Shown here: positions 52,084 through 64,000 of the stretch, piece by piece
Layout of the letters: each line of letters opens with the position of its first letter
Position numbering within the stretch: position 1 is the first letter of the stretch
Source: Camelus dromedarius
Lineage: Eukaryota
Assembly: GCF_036321535.1 (NCBI RefSeq)
Contig: NC_087437.1
Location: 32,862,001-32,926,000 of the forward strand
Direction of reading: 5' to 3'
Length of the DNA: 64,000 bases
Notes under the pieces: model-generated
What the model saw: the letters and a program-made list of their open reading frames with translations, nothing else
Databases searched by the model: none
Told to the model about the DNA's origin: nothing
Position numbers and translations under genes: made by a program

Positions 52084-52246
52084 CATGGCTTAATTGCCCA
52101 TTTAATGAACATTTTTTTGAAATTTGAACTCTTACTGTATGTGTAGATAATATGACACATACTAAGAATATGTAAATTAAGAGTTGACACTCCCTGTCTG
52201 TACTAAGTGTAGTAGTGGAATTTTATACAAGTTCTAGAGGAAAAGG

Positions 52247-52285
52247 AATAGTGAGAAAAGTCTAGAAATAGTGAGAAAAGTCTAG
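52247..52285. repeat. 20-bp tandem duplication within an L2 fragment
   Basis: AATAGTGAGAAAAGTCTAG(A) twice. Confidence 0.85.
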
Positions 52286-55200
52286 GAAAAGTGAACGGAG
52301 GAGGTGATGCCAGAGCTGGTCTTTGAAGGCCAAAAGGAATTCCCTAGCAGGGATGTTTGTGTTAGTAGAACCTACCTAAAGTAACTCTAGGTAGAGTTTA
52401 ATTATTTCTAAGCCTCCATCATTTGCTTGACATACGCTGCTCTTAAAGGTTGACCATCTAATTTCCTCCCCAGTCAGAAAATGTCTTACTGAGAGCTTTT
52501 TCTCTCCCTACTACTCTGCTGATAGTTGATTTATTGAAAGCAAATAGTGATGTTTATTGAAACATTAGTCCTTCATCAGGCTACTTTTTATAAACTTTGT
52601 ATATCCATGTTTATAACTGATAATGTTCTGATGAGAAGGAGGTATAGGCACAGTATAATCAATATCCAAAAATTGAAAGCAAGTAAATCTTTAAAGATTT
52701 TCTTTAAATGTTCATTGTTTACATAAATGTTAGAGCTGATGGGTGAATAACTTTAAGAGTTGTATTATTTACTTCCTAAATTCAAAAAATTCTATTAGAA
52801 TATTTTCTATGTAATCAGCCCAATAACTCTAAAAATCAGAAAATTAGCAAGGATCAGTACTTTATTTCTGTAAATCATCAATGGATTAACAAGTAATATG
52901 ATAGAAAAATTTTATGCTTCTTGTCTATTGTTTCAATGTAATCATTCCTAATTTTATGTATTAATGAACATTAATATAAGCTATGTTGTAGCGGGGTTTT
53001 TTTAAAGTAAAATATATAAATCAAATAAAGAACATTTGCCGTTTGCTTACCCTCATACTTCTATCAAAGGCACATCCTGTCAGGACCAGTTAGTTATCAT
53101 TTATGCTTTTTTCTGTTGTTCTCTTTGATTGGATCTAGATTTGCCTTTAAGCTGTGTGTATGTTATTCACATTTTCTTCAAAGACTCAAGCTAGAACCAG
53201 ATGATAAAATGAGTTGTGCTTTCCAGCAGATACATTTACAGTATTCAGCTGTTTGTAGGTGGTTTTGCTGGGCTGTAACAAAATAAAGCCTAAAGCATTA
53301 TATTAACTGTGCTGTTTATATGGGTGCTAATACACTTTGAATAAAACCCTCAATTACTAAGCATTTTTGAGTCCTGACAAGATAGTCCCATGACATTAAT
53401 GGTATCTTTATAACCTTTTTAACTTCTTGTTTCTCTGACAGAGCTCTACAATAACAGCAATGGGTTTGCCCTTGGCAAGCAAAAACTCATTTTGAGAGGA
53501 TAATAGGTATTTACTATTTAGATAGCAGGCAATAAAATTTCTCTGAATGAGATTTTCCTGAGAAACTATAAACTGATTAAATTACTTTCTTTTAATGGAC
53601 TGGAAAAGCGTGTAATAATAGTTTGTTGAAGCTTCGCATCCAGTGTCTTGCTTCCTTTTTTAGAGACATTGAAGCAGTCTGGTTTTGGTGAATTATTGAG
53701 GTTGGTAGAAATTATTCTCTGTGGTATAGTTTATTCTCGATTTTTTCTCTAAGTTAAAATAAAAGTAGGTATTTCTGTGAAATGAGAAGGATGTGCTCCG
53801 TAATACCTGTTTACTTCACACTGTAATCAGAAGTAAAACTTATCAGTTGTTTTATGCCTAAAAAATTCCATTTTTAGGAAATATACCCCAACAAGGATGT
53901 AAATTTGGAAAACAACTCTGTTTTTCTGGTTGATATTTTTGCTTGACTTATTTAAAATAAATGAAAATCAATAAACTGTTTTATCTGTTGTCGAAAGGCT
54001 AAACTTAAAAGTTACTACTTTTTATTAATATTGATTATTATAATATATATGTTTATATTCTTATGAGCAATCTAATAAGAGGTTTGTGTTTGATAATTAT
54101 TAGTTTGGACCTCATAAAATTCAACATGCCAATCCATGGTATAAACTATAAGAAATTCACACTAGTTTTGATAAAAAAGGAATACTAAAATATACTTTAT
54201 TATTATAAAACTTGATTAAAAAGCATCTCAAAATTCCACTTAATGTGAATTTTGTCAATAAATATCAACTAAGAAAAATAATTTACATTTCTTGATTTAA
54301 AATGTGAAATCTTATATAACATATATTTGGTAACTCATACTCTATAAACATTTTTCTTTAAAGACAAATCCATTATGGTCCTTGGGGGTGACAGTTTGCA
54401 GAATATCTTTCAAGGCCATGAATTTTGCACAGAAGTGCATCAAATTCAGTATTTTTATTGGCAGTCAGAATTTCATATTTGTCACTATAATAAAATTGTG
54501 ATTGAAATGGGACCTTGAATGTCCTGTCCCTATGTGAAGTACTTTGAATTTGAATATCACACAGATCCTAACTTAGAGCACATTCATTTTCTCTTAAGCC
54601 TTTGGCACTGACACATCCATCCCTGCCATTGTTTTTCATTCCAGCAAATCTGTGCTGTTGGCACCATTAGGTACAAGGGACACTAGTCTTGATAGTAAAG
54701 AAATGAAGAGAGAAACAATATGTCTTCCCCTATGAGTGATCTAATCCAGTTCGCTACTATAAGCTATAAACTACTTCATAATTGAGCTTTTATCAGGTCG
54801 ACTGTTTTTTCATTTGTGCTTTTTTCTCCCTCACTGCTCAGGGTTATAATAAATAAACATCAGTGAATATTGTGAAATAATGGCTTGCCTAGTTAATTTG
54901 CTGAAATTTGTTTTCAACTGACCTGAGAAAAAGTTTTCAGAGAAAATTGAGATTACTTTAAAATGGAAACTTATCCTTTTAAATATACAGTGCTACTTTA
55001 ATTCTAATAATCCTGAAGTTACTGGTAAGACTGATTTACTGAAATATAGCAAGGATATAATCAATATGTGTTTACATTTTAGTAAGTTATTCTTCATTAA
55101 GACCTAAATATAGTTCATTACTTTTTTCAGTTTGTTCAACTTGCTGTCACTCATATTGGGTAACGACTACCCCTTAAATATATAAAAAAAATTTCAATAT

Positions 55201-56989
55201 TTTAATAGCAACTTAGCACAGATTTTATGCTATTGTAATAGTTTTTATGGAGTAAAGAAGTCATTACAGGAAGATAACATTGTGATTATTACTGGTCAAT
55301 AAACAATTAAACTTTAACCAAACAGGAAAAAAAGTAAATGTTTTCTGCATAAAATGTATCAACTTAAAGCTTATTCTAATTTAAAAATGTAGAGCTAGCA
55401 GATTTCTTACAGAGAAGAATTAATTGCTATATGTACCTATCAGTTTTTATGAGAATAGTGAATCTTTAGGTCTTTATTCTTAATAAATCAGAAATTCAAA
55501 GAGTTGCTTATTCGGGGGAACCTCCGTTTTCTGGTGTGAATCAGTGCAGTTACCATAATATTTTGTCATTCAACAAAATGCACACAAATATGAATTTTAA
55601 TTAAATGTATGCTGCAATAATGAACTATATCTACATACAATTTTACACTAGCCCTTATGGACTCCCAAGCCCCCTACCCCCATACCGCTGTTGGTGCCTG
55701 TGTTAATTCCCTTAATTTTATGAAATGGTAGACATTTAATACCTGAAATTCTTTTTAATATATAGTGCAGGACTTGACCAACAGAATGCAATTTCATAGC
55801 ACTGTTTACGGGTACAGAATAGTATTTTTGGCAGTTTCTCTCTTAAACAATTCTTACATTGAATTTTTCTTTCTTTTGAAGAGATTTTCAATTTTAACAT
55901 GAGGGAACTGGTGTCATGGGTAAGGCTTTTTACATGGAAACAAAGTAGCAGATTGAAGTGGTTTCAGGGCTTTAATCCCTTGGTAAATTAGCCAGCAGGC
56001 TTGCCTTTTCATAGACATGCTAAACAACAGGTTGATGCCATTTGGGCATTAGCAAAGAGAACCACCTGAGGGAATAGTGAGTGAATAAGAAGAAATGTAG
56101 TATGGGAAGAAGGCATGGCTATTAGCTTTTTCTGGGTTGAGTGGTGAAAGTAATACCCATAAATGAGTCATTGTATCTGATATTTTAGATTTCCCTAGAT
56201 ATGTTCTTCAACTTATGTATTCTCAAAACTCTCAAGTTTACTTTAAAGATGACATTGTATTTTTATTATTATTTAATGCTAAAATTGTACATAAAAACTT
56301 AAGTGCCAATAAGTTTACAAATATTTACATGTTATAAAATTATACTTTCTCTTTTTTGAGAAGAGATTGAATTCTTTCAGATTTGTTTGCATATTGCTAT
56401 TCTTAGTCAAGTAGAAGACAACATTTGGAAATGTGAATGTGTAGAGTTAATAGGATTTTAAATATTTAAATAATCTTGCCTATTTGGAAACTATACACAA
56501 ATGGTCATAAGCTATTATAAAATTATTTTCTTGAAACGTTTTCACAATTTTCCAAACTAATTACCTGAGAGAAATGAACTATTTGCCACACTGCATTATA
56601 TATGTTAAGCAGTATATTTTAAAATACCTTAAAGAATAAGTCACCCGCACAGTTAACAACACTTAATAGGAAAAATTATTTATTTAGACTTTAATCAAGG
56701 AATGTAACTTCATGTAAATGAAATTAATCTAAGGAAGAGTAAATTATAAAATTATTCATTTCGCATATTATTTAACATTCCTAAGCTAATTGGTACCTTG
56801 GTATTGATAAATACTAGAATAATACATCATGAAGAAAATTGATAAAGGAATAAAATCATTAAAATAACCTGGTACCCTATGAGGCCCTTTCTCTAGGCTT
56901 TTAATTTTTCATTTAGAATAGGGGATTTTAAGGATCAATATGAAGATCTGTTGATAATATTATATTTAATTAGAGTAATCAAAAACCAT

Positions 56990-57320
56990 GCTCAGAGCAT
57001 GACACCTGCCAGGGAGAGCTTCAAAAAGATAGTAAGCAGCATGCGTTAGAATCGTCTCTTTTGCTTGTCCATGACCACTAATCTAGCAGAAGTCCCAAAT
57101 GGGGCAGCTAGTCAGCTATTTTATTGACTTTGATCTGGTTTGGGGGGCAGTTTATTTTCCCATAATGCCATTGATCAATGATTTCCTTTCAGCAGTGATG
57201 TAATTAAAGGGCTTTAGTCGGCTTCTGCTGTGTTGCCTTGAAATTTATTATTCCGGAGATTTAAAGAAGATCGATAGGGTGCAGTGGCCCGATGTTTAGA
57301 CCCGAGTAGGAGGACCCTAC
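56990..57320. promoter_or_regulatory. Candidate conserved noncoding element / developmental enhancer
   Basis: Non-repetitive, 7 retained CpGs in about 270 bp, CTTTGAT (57128-57134), palindrome CATTGATCAATG (57169-57180), TAATTAAA (57201-57208). Conservation not verified. Confidence 0.5.
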
Positions 57321-58219
57321 TGAGAGTATAAGGCATGCAGAAACAAGGCTTCAGGACACAAACAAGATGTTTACCTGGGACCTTGAGCTGACCTATTCAC
57401 AACAGATCCTGTATAACCAGTAGCATTTTGGTACCTATTTTTATCACAGCCTCAAAACTACTTTGTCCTCTTTGTTATTGATTTTTAGAGTTTGTTTTAA
57501 AGCAATTGAAATCAAATATTCCTGTTGTCAAAGGAAAAATTAAAATTTAAACATATTTGCCAGAAATTCAGATTTCAAATGCCTTCATCATGAAATAAGG
57601 GTAGAACATGGTTAATTCTAGGAATATGGATATCTTTAATAACTCACTGAGATCTATTAAAAAGTATGCCATTAATTTGCTTTATTTGATAACTAATTTA
57701 AACACAAATATTTTTTTTTTTGCAAGGATAGAAATGTACGTGCAATGACCAATGTTCCTAAGTGATCAAAATACCACATTTGGGTAATGAACTCATAGTA
57801 CATGACCTACCACTAACTAGGAATTAATAATTGCCTTATAATTTACATTATTTGATAGATAAGTAAAATCAATTCAGAGTCTTTATAATATGTAAACTGT
57901 ACATACTGGGCTTCTTATAACTGTGTTTTAATGAACTCAAAATAAGTTGAAAATTAAAAGGGCAGGCTAAAGTTCCTCAGACTATTTTCTGTGTTAATAG
58001 GAGTTCTGTTTAAAACATTTTTTTCACCAAGTGTGTTTGAAAATCCTACATACTTCTTTTAGAGAATCTCAATGTACTTTAGCATTCAGATTTTAAGATA
58101 TCCTGAAGTAATCCTTTTTAACTTTGCTTAAACACAACATCTTTCAGTCTTACTCACCCCGTGCCACAGATTTTGTGGAGGCCCAGTTTAAAAAATGCAA
58201 GAGATAGTGAAAACAGCCC

Positions 58220-58350
58220 GAATAGGACAAAAGACAGATGTCCTGAATTCTAATCATGGCTTTGCTTTTCATTGTCCATGTGATTTTCACCAGTTTATAA
58301 TCACTCTGTGTCTCAGCTTTCTTATCTGTGGAATGAGATTTTGTCAGAGA
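58220..58350 (+). mobile_element. MIR fragment
   Basis: tcctgaattctaatcatggctttgc...aatcactctgtgtctcagctttcttatctgtggaatgag. Confidence 0.7.
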
Positions 58351-58849
58351 GGTTGGCCAGGGCAGGATACACAGCATCCCGAAGAGCTTTTTCAAAACAG
58401 GCATTCCATCAGACCCTCTTTCTCCATGCTAAGACTGCCTGTAGATGCTTTGATCAACTGGTTAATTGTGCCAGTATTAAAACCTACTTTCTCAACCTTC
58501 CAATTTATTTATTGAACTGTCACTTTTAGGGACTTTCAGTCATCAAAGGCATATTGAAAATACAGCAGTTATACTTAGAAATCAGAGTAAACATAAGCAC
58601 AATTTATTACGTTGCTAAATTTAGCCAACACCGGCAGACTGAGCAAACAGAAGTGGTAATGCAGATACAGTGTCATTTGCTATCTTGATAAAACAATAAT
58701 TCATAAACATTACTAAGACCACATGGCATAGTTAACTAATAAGCAGAGGCAAATAACCATAGCAGGAAAAAAAAAGAGCAAATTAGACATTTTGTGTACG
58801 TTTCAATTATCGCCAATACTTACTTACAGTGAATTAAGATTTCTTGGCA

Positions 58850-59305
58850 TCTTTCAGGAGCACTAATGACTCACTAAAAAATGGGGCATTTGAATTCAGT
58901 ATATGCAAGGTGAAAGGAGCTAGAGGGATACAGAGAATCATAATCCCTACCTCCTGGAGCTTAGAGGCCAGAGGAAAGTACTATCATAGAAGGCAGAAGA
59001 AATGAGCGACAAATAAAGGTATCCATGAAACTTGCTAGAGGCAGAGTTGAAGGTGGAGGGAGATAATGTTTTGTTGTGTTTTATTTATTTTCTTTCATAA
59101 TTTATTTGCTTTATTTTTCTTCATAGCCCTCATGACTCTCTAACATATTTTATACTTGATTGGTGGCTTATCATCAGGCTTCCCTACTAGAAAGTCAGCT
59201 CTGCAGAGGCAGGAATTTTTGCCTGTTTGTTCAGCAACATCTCCCCCATCCTATAGGAGTGACTAGCACGTGGTAGGTACTCATAAAAGTTTTGCTTATG
59301 AATTT
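58850..59305. mobile_element. L2 fragments (minus about 58850-59060; plus-strand 3' end about 59100-59305)
   Basis: ccctacctcctggagcttagagg; cttccctactagaaagtcagctctgcagaggcaggaatttttgcctg...gcacgtggtaggtactcataaa. Confidence 0.7.
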
Positions 59306-59699
59306 GCTAGTATATAGATTATAAAAATGACAACATAAGAGAGATAAAGCCAACTAGATAGTATCATTTTAAAGGGTAGAGGAAGCATAGGATAACAAAC
59401 AGGGTTGAAGGAGGATGAACTTCATTTTGGATATTGTTTGACTATTGCATAAAAGTATGAATTTTACATAACCAGTATTTAGAAAATAAATTGTCAGTTA
59501 TTTTCCATATGTGACCATTATACTAACAAAGACTCTTTCACACTTACACTATATTGAGAGGATAGACTCATTAACCAGATAATTATCCTTTATGCTAGTC
59601 ACTGCTATTGTTCAGTCTTAATCCATGAATAAACTCCTTCTTAATCTAAGTCTTATGTGTTCCTTGAGGAATGCACCTGTGCTTACATTTTTCCGTCTG

Positions 59700-60650
59700 T
59701 ATTTTCATCTTAAGTGATCTCATCCATTCCCAGGACTTCAGATATCATCTGTGTGCAACAATTTCTAAATTCCAACCCTCTCTTCTAAAATGCAGGCTTA
59801 CATATCTAACTGCCTGTGTCATCTCTACTTAAATGTCGAACAGGCAAGATTGTGGTGAATTCTTTTATCTTCCTGCCCCCATCCTCATCCTGTTCCTCTT
59901 TCATTGTCCTTCCATTATATCTTTGCAGTTGCTCAAAACATCAGTTTGGCAAGTTCCTCACCTGCCACCTCTATTCTGTTAGCATGCTCTGTTGCCATCT
60001 AAAATACATTTTAATCTTTCCACCAGTCTCATTCGTCTACCCATCATCATTTCTTGCCTTGACCACTGCAGTAGCCTTCTAACTTATCTCTCCCCAGTTT
60101 TGTCCCTTATAATCTATCCCATAACATCCAAAATGATCTTAAACTATGAACTGGAACCTGTCATTTCCCTGCAGGAAAAAAAAAATCTCTCAGTGGCTTC
60201 CATTTGCCTCTAGGATAAAATTTCAGAATTCATATTTCAGAGATATGGCTACAAGTTATTCCATGATTTGCCCAAGTCTACTTCTCCAGCCTTACCTTAG
60301 ACTACTACTCCTTACTAAAGTCTAACTAAGCTGGCCTGCTTTTTATTCCTCTGTTTGCATGCTTTTCCATCCCTCCTCTCTTTCAGATTAATTATTATTA
60401 TTAAAGTTTCAGCTTGAATTTTCTATCTCAGTGAAGCCTTCCTGACACCTATCACTAGTGTCTTTTGAAACATTGTGAACTTATACTTCATAGCAATCAA
60501 TCAGTTTTTAATTGAATGTGATGTTCCTACTTATTTGTTTGACCTTTCTCAGACTTTTAGAGAGTCAGACTGTGTCTCTTTTGTATACTATGTCCTCAAC
60601 ACCTAGCATAGTTCCTAGTGTATAGAAGGTGCCCAGTAAGAATCTGTCTA
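59700..60650 (+). mobile_element. L2 3' region
   Basis: gtgatctcatccattcccaggacttcagatatcatctgtgtgc...ctcagtggcttccatttgcctctaggataaaa...acctagcatagttcctagtgtatagaaggtgcccagtaa. Confidence 0.8.
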
Positions 60651-60714
60651 TCTGTCTTTTAAAAATCATTTCTCTCGTCTAGATTTTCAGCTATACAGCA
60701 CTTTGCAGTTCTTA

Positions 60715-61600
60715 GGATTTTTCTCTTTGATCTTTTGTAGTGTGAAATATAGAGAAAAGCATGTAAGTGTGAAGATGACCAAATTATAAAGCAAATACCT
60801 GTGTTTCACCACCCAGATCAAGAAGCAGCACTTTGCATGTACCTCAGAATCCCCACTTTCTCCTTCCTGTCGTAACTACCACCTTTACCCTCTGTGATGG
60901 TAATAATTCCTTGGCTTTTTAAAATAGTTTTACCACCTTAGTATATAATGCTAAGCACTACAGGTAAATTTTCCCAGTTTTGAACTGGAATCATATACTG
61001 AATTCTCTTGGGTCTTTGTTTTCTCAGCATTGTTCTCAAGATTCATCTGTTTGCATGTAGCTGTACAGTATTGATTTTGTGCTGTATAATATTTCATTTT
61101 TTTTTTTACCCTTTTTGCTGTTGAAGGACTTTTGTTGTCTCTAATCTGCAACTAATATGAACAAGGCTGCTCTAAACATTCTTGTAAAAGTTGATATCCT
61201 GGTTCACTTGTACATGATCTTCTCTAAACTCCACACCTAAGAGTGGAATTACTGTCCTATGGGGTGTGTGTAATTTCAGATTTACGAGATGGTGTGAAAC
61301 TTTTCCAAAGTGCTTTTATGAATTTCTTTTCTCAGCGGTAGTGTATGAGTTCCCATTGTTCTACCTTCTCACCGATACTTGGTATTGTTAGAGTTTTTTA
61401 TTTTAGCCAAACTTAAATCATTTTACTTTTAATTTCCATTTCTCTGATTACCAGAAAGGTTTAGTAGCTTTTCATTTATTTGTCAGCCACATGAATTTCT
61501 TATTTTATGAAGTGTGTAACTCACTTTCCTATTGTTATGTGTCTTTTCTTAGTGATTCGAAGAAATTCTTGATATATTCTAGATATGAGTTATTTGATTA
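60715..61600 (-). mobile_element. L1ME-like 3' end
   Basis: caccacccagatcaagaagcagcac...acacctaagagtggaattactg...gtgtatgagttcccattgttctaccttctcaccgatacttggtatt. Confidence 0.8.
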
Positions 61601-62069
61601 CACTTAATAAATATTTATTGGTGACTGAACATAACTATTCCCAACCCACTTACCTCTGCCTCCTCATTCACTGGAGTTAAGGGTTATATATTTAAGATAT
61701 GAACCAGTATCAGTGTTCATTCTGCTTTCAGTTGTGAGACATTGTTTAATATCTTTATTATCTGCCATTTTAATTCTAAAGATCATTCAAGATGATAGCT
61801 AAACTTTTACAAGATCTTTCTCATGTTTATAGGGAAAAAAAAACCCTTGATTTCCAGCTTGCCTAAAGAGTTACAAAGTTTTTCTTTTTGAAATGAGAAA
61901 AATAAGGAGGGAGTGAGAATCATAATGTATGTGATTCAAATGCTTTTGAATTTATCTGATGATTCTTGGTCCTATTCATGTAACTGTGATGAGGTCTACT
62001 AGAACTATAAAATATAAGTGGTTCCAATCATTATTTCAGAGCCATTGATTTTGGTTCTTTTCTTGGCTA

Positions 62070-62330
62070 AATTTTTCTGATTTAAGAATCACTTCAGGTG
62101 TCATCTTCTCCTGGAAGTCTTAGTTATCCTCCACCAGACTGAATTAGTTCTGTATTCCCTTTGCATATCTGTATTAGAGATCTTAACTACTACACTGTTA
62201 ATAAAAATGGATTTTCTAGTCTGCCTCCTCTGTTGGACTTTGTTACTTAGAACTTCCATAGGTCATCTCTCTCTATCTTCACCACCTAGAACAATGCATA
62301 AAATAAGTCTTCTCTAATAAATAAATAAGG
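62070..62330 (+). mobile_element. L2 3' fragment
   Basis: caggtgtcatcttctcctggaagtct...tatcttcaccacctagaacaatgc. Confidence 0.55.
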
Positions 62331-63134
62331 TAATGGGGATAGGGAGGCCTTATCCCCCTTGGTACTATTCTCTCCAATAAATCATTCCCTTAAAGAATTA
62401 AGTTAAAAGTTTACTAATCTTCGTTACTGAGCTGGAAGATCAATTATACAGGAACATTTTTATAATTGACAGCTTTTACAGTTAATTTCTCTCTAATTTT
62501 CATTTAAAAACTATCCTTAAATTTTTTCTTGTTTAGACTTTCTGGTATTTGATCATGTTAAACAAAAAAAAGCAGATTGCAAATTTTGGGGGGTGTTTAT
62601 CACTTTCTCGCAAGCAAATCCCTTCTCTAAGAAGTATTAACTTAGTTCTTCAATAGGTGGGATAAAATGAAATTTTGGTCAGGTTTAACCCCTGAACGTC
62701 CCTTTAGGAATACAAATGAATCTTCTGTAAACACATTGAATAGAAGTTCTGTTAGGTGTCATTCATGATTTCATTGTCAGTTAAAAGTATCCTCCGTAGT
62801 CCCTATATTTGCTTCTAGACAAATAATGAATCTTTCTCATTGTGTTTCCTAGAAGACAGTGTGAGGCAGGCAAGCAGGGAATATATCAACTGTCTCTCTT
62901 ACTGTCATCTCTTTTCTTTTAATTTATACCTCTATGACCTGCTTCCTGTTTGCAAAGAGATAGGGTTTGAGAAATAGTCAAGTTTTGTTTTATTCTATTA
63001 TTTAATTCATTCTTTTTGTTTTTTTGATGAAATGATCTAGCTTGAAAGAGCCTACTGTGTATTTGAAAGCTATTGTTTTCATAGACTATGAAAAATGCTT
63101 TTTCAATCATGTGTCCTGCTACTTTTTGCCTTTT

Positions 63135-63350
63135 GCAGAATGTAGTGGGTTTGGTTTGAGGCTCTGGAGGCAGACTGCCTCTTTTAGTTTTGGCTCTATC
63201 ATTTACTAGCTAAGTGACTTTGGGTAATTACTAAACTTTCCCCACTGGTAAAAAAAATGGGATATTAATACTGAGAATTAAATAAGTTAATATATGTAAA
63301 ACACTTAGAGTAATTGCCAATACATGATAACTCAGTAAATATTGGCTTTT
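63135..63350 (+). mobile_element. MIR SINE
   Basis: ggctctggaggcagactgcct...atttactagctaagtgactttgggtaattac...taatatatgtaaaacacttagag. Confidence 0.8.
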
Positions 63351-63919
63351 GTTTATAACTATGTTATCAGTGTTATGTAAGTTGATTGAACCAGAACTCA
63401 CTGTAGAAAGAGAACAAAAACTATTGGTTTTTTTATCTCAGAACAATTTTACATCTTTGCTTCTTCAACAAGATGAAGAGCCCGATAAAAGTAATATTTT
63501 GAGTTATATTAAAACAAATTATTATAATTAGTTCACTGAAGGCTTCATTAATATAATATTTGACTTCAAAATACATAATTTGCATAGATTTGCACTGATT
63601 AACTATTCCTAAGTTGCTTTTGCCTTATTAGATTTTTAATTACCCTTTGATTTTAAAGTTTTATGGGATTTCAGATGTGATATACCTAAACGTTTCCTTT
63701 ATTGTTTCACAAACTTTTCTGAGTGTTCAGAACATATGGCCGTATCTTTTATCCCAAAGATTATTTAGTCATTTCATACTTTGAATTACCATCCTATTGA
63801 TATTTTATATAGAATGATTTCCTTTATTTACTTTCTAGTTTCCTTTTTTCTCTTTTTCTTTTATCTTTCTTTTTGTGTACCTCTCAACTATTTTGATAGT
63901 TTCCATTTGTGTCAGTTTT

Positions 63920-64000
63920 TTTAATTTTTACTTTTTTATGGAAGTATACTTGATTTACAATATTGTGTTAGTTTCAGGTAATACAGCAAAATGATTCAGT
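63920..64000 (-). mobile_element. Artiodactyl-type L1 3' end running off the window
   Basis: gaagtatacttgatttacaatattgtgttagtttcaggtaatacagcaaaatgattcagt. Same family as 13300-14102. Confidence 0.85.

Larger units (their letters stand above)
16932..64000 (+). other. RSRC1: Large intron downstream of the RSRC1 exon (3' end outside window)
   Basis: The next exon (AKADEALKAKE...) was not seen. Most L1 fragments are antisense to +, as expected in a + strand gene. Confidence 0.8.

Noticed and set aside
3233..63531. The supplied six-frame ORFs (60-138 aa) as genes
   Set aside because: Short, many with non-ATG starts, often within L1/L2/MIR/LTR sequence, and none resembles a host protein I recognise. 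The real exon and the pseudogene are absent from the track.

Overview
AT-rich, CpG-depleted mammalian genomic DNA, most likely camelid (tRNA-Ala-derived vic-1-type SINE and camelid-type L1 3' ends). The whole 64 kb appears to lie inside RSRC1 (SRrp53), transcribed on +. The only host coding exon I can find is 52 nt (16880-16931, PPAEQAKARLQLVLEAA). The rest is intron containing L1, L2, MIR, hAT/Mariner MITEs, MaLR/ERVL LTRs and several repeat-free blocks that look like conserved enhancers; in human and mouse RSRC1 lies next to SHOX2. The most notable element is a processed pseudogene of FMN1 (formin-1) at 44781-45517. It has a poly(A) tail and an 11-bp target-site duplication, and it interrupts a MER20-family transposon. 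It appears to preserve a very short FMN1 mRNA: an unrecognised 5' segment with an in-frame ATG, two internal FMN1 exons, and an alternative last exon (HIPAV-stop). This implies an ancestral ~79-aa formin-1 mini-isoform lacking FH1/FH2. Gene and repeat family names come from recalled sequences, not database searches, and repeat boundaries are approximate. None of the supplied ORFs looks like a real gene.
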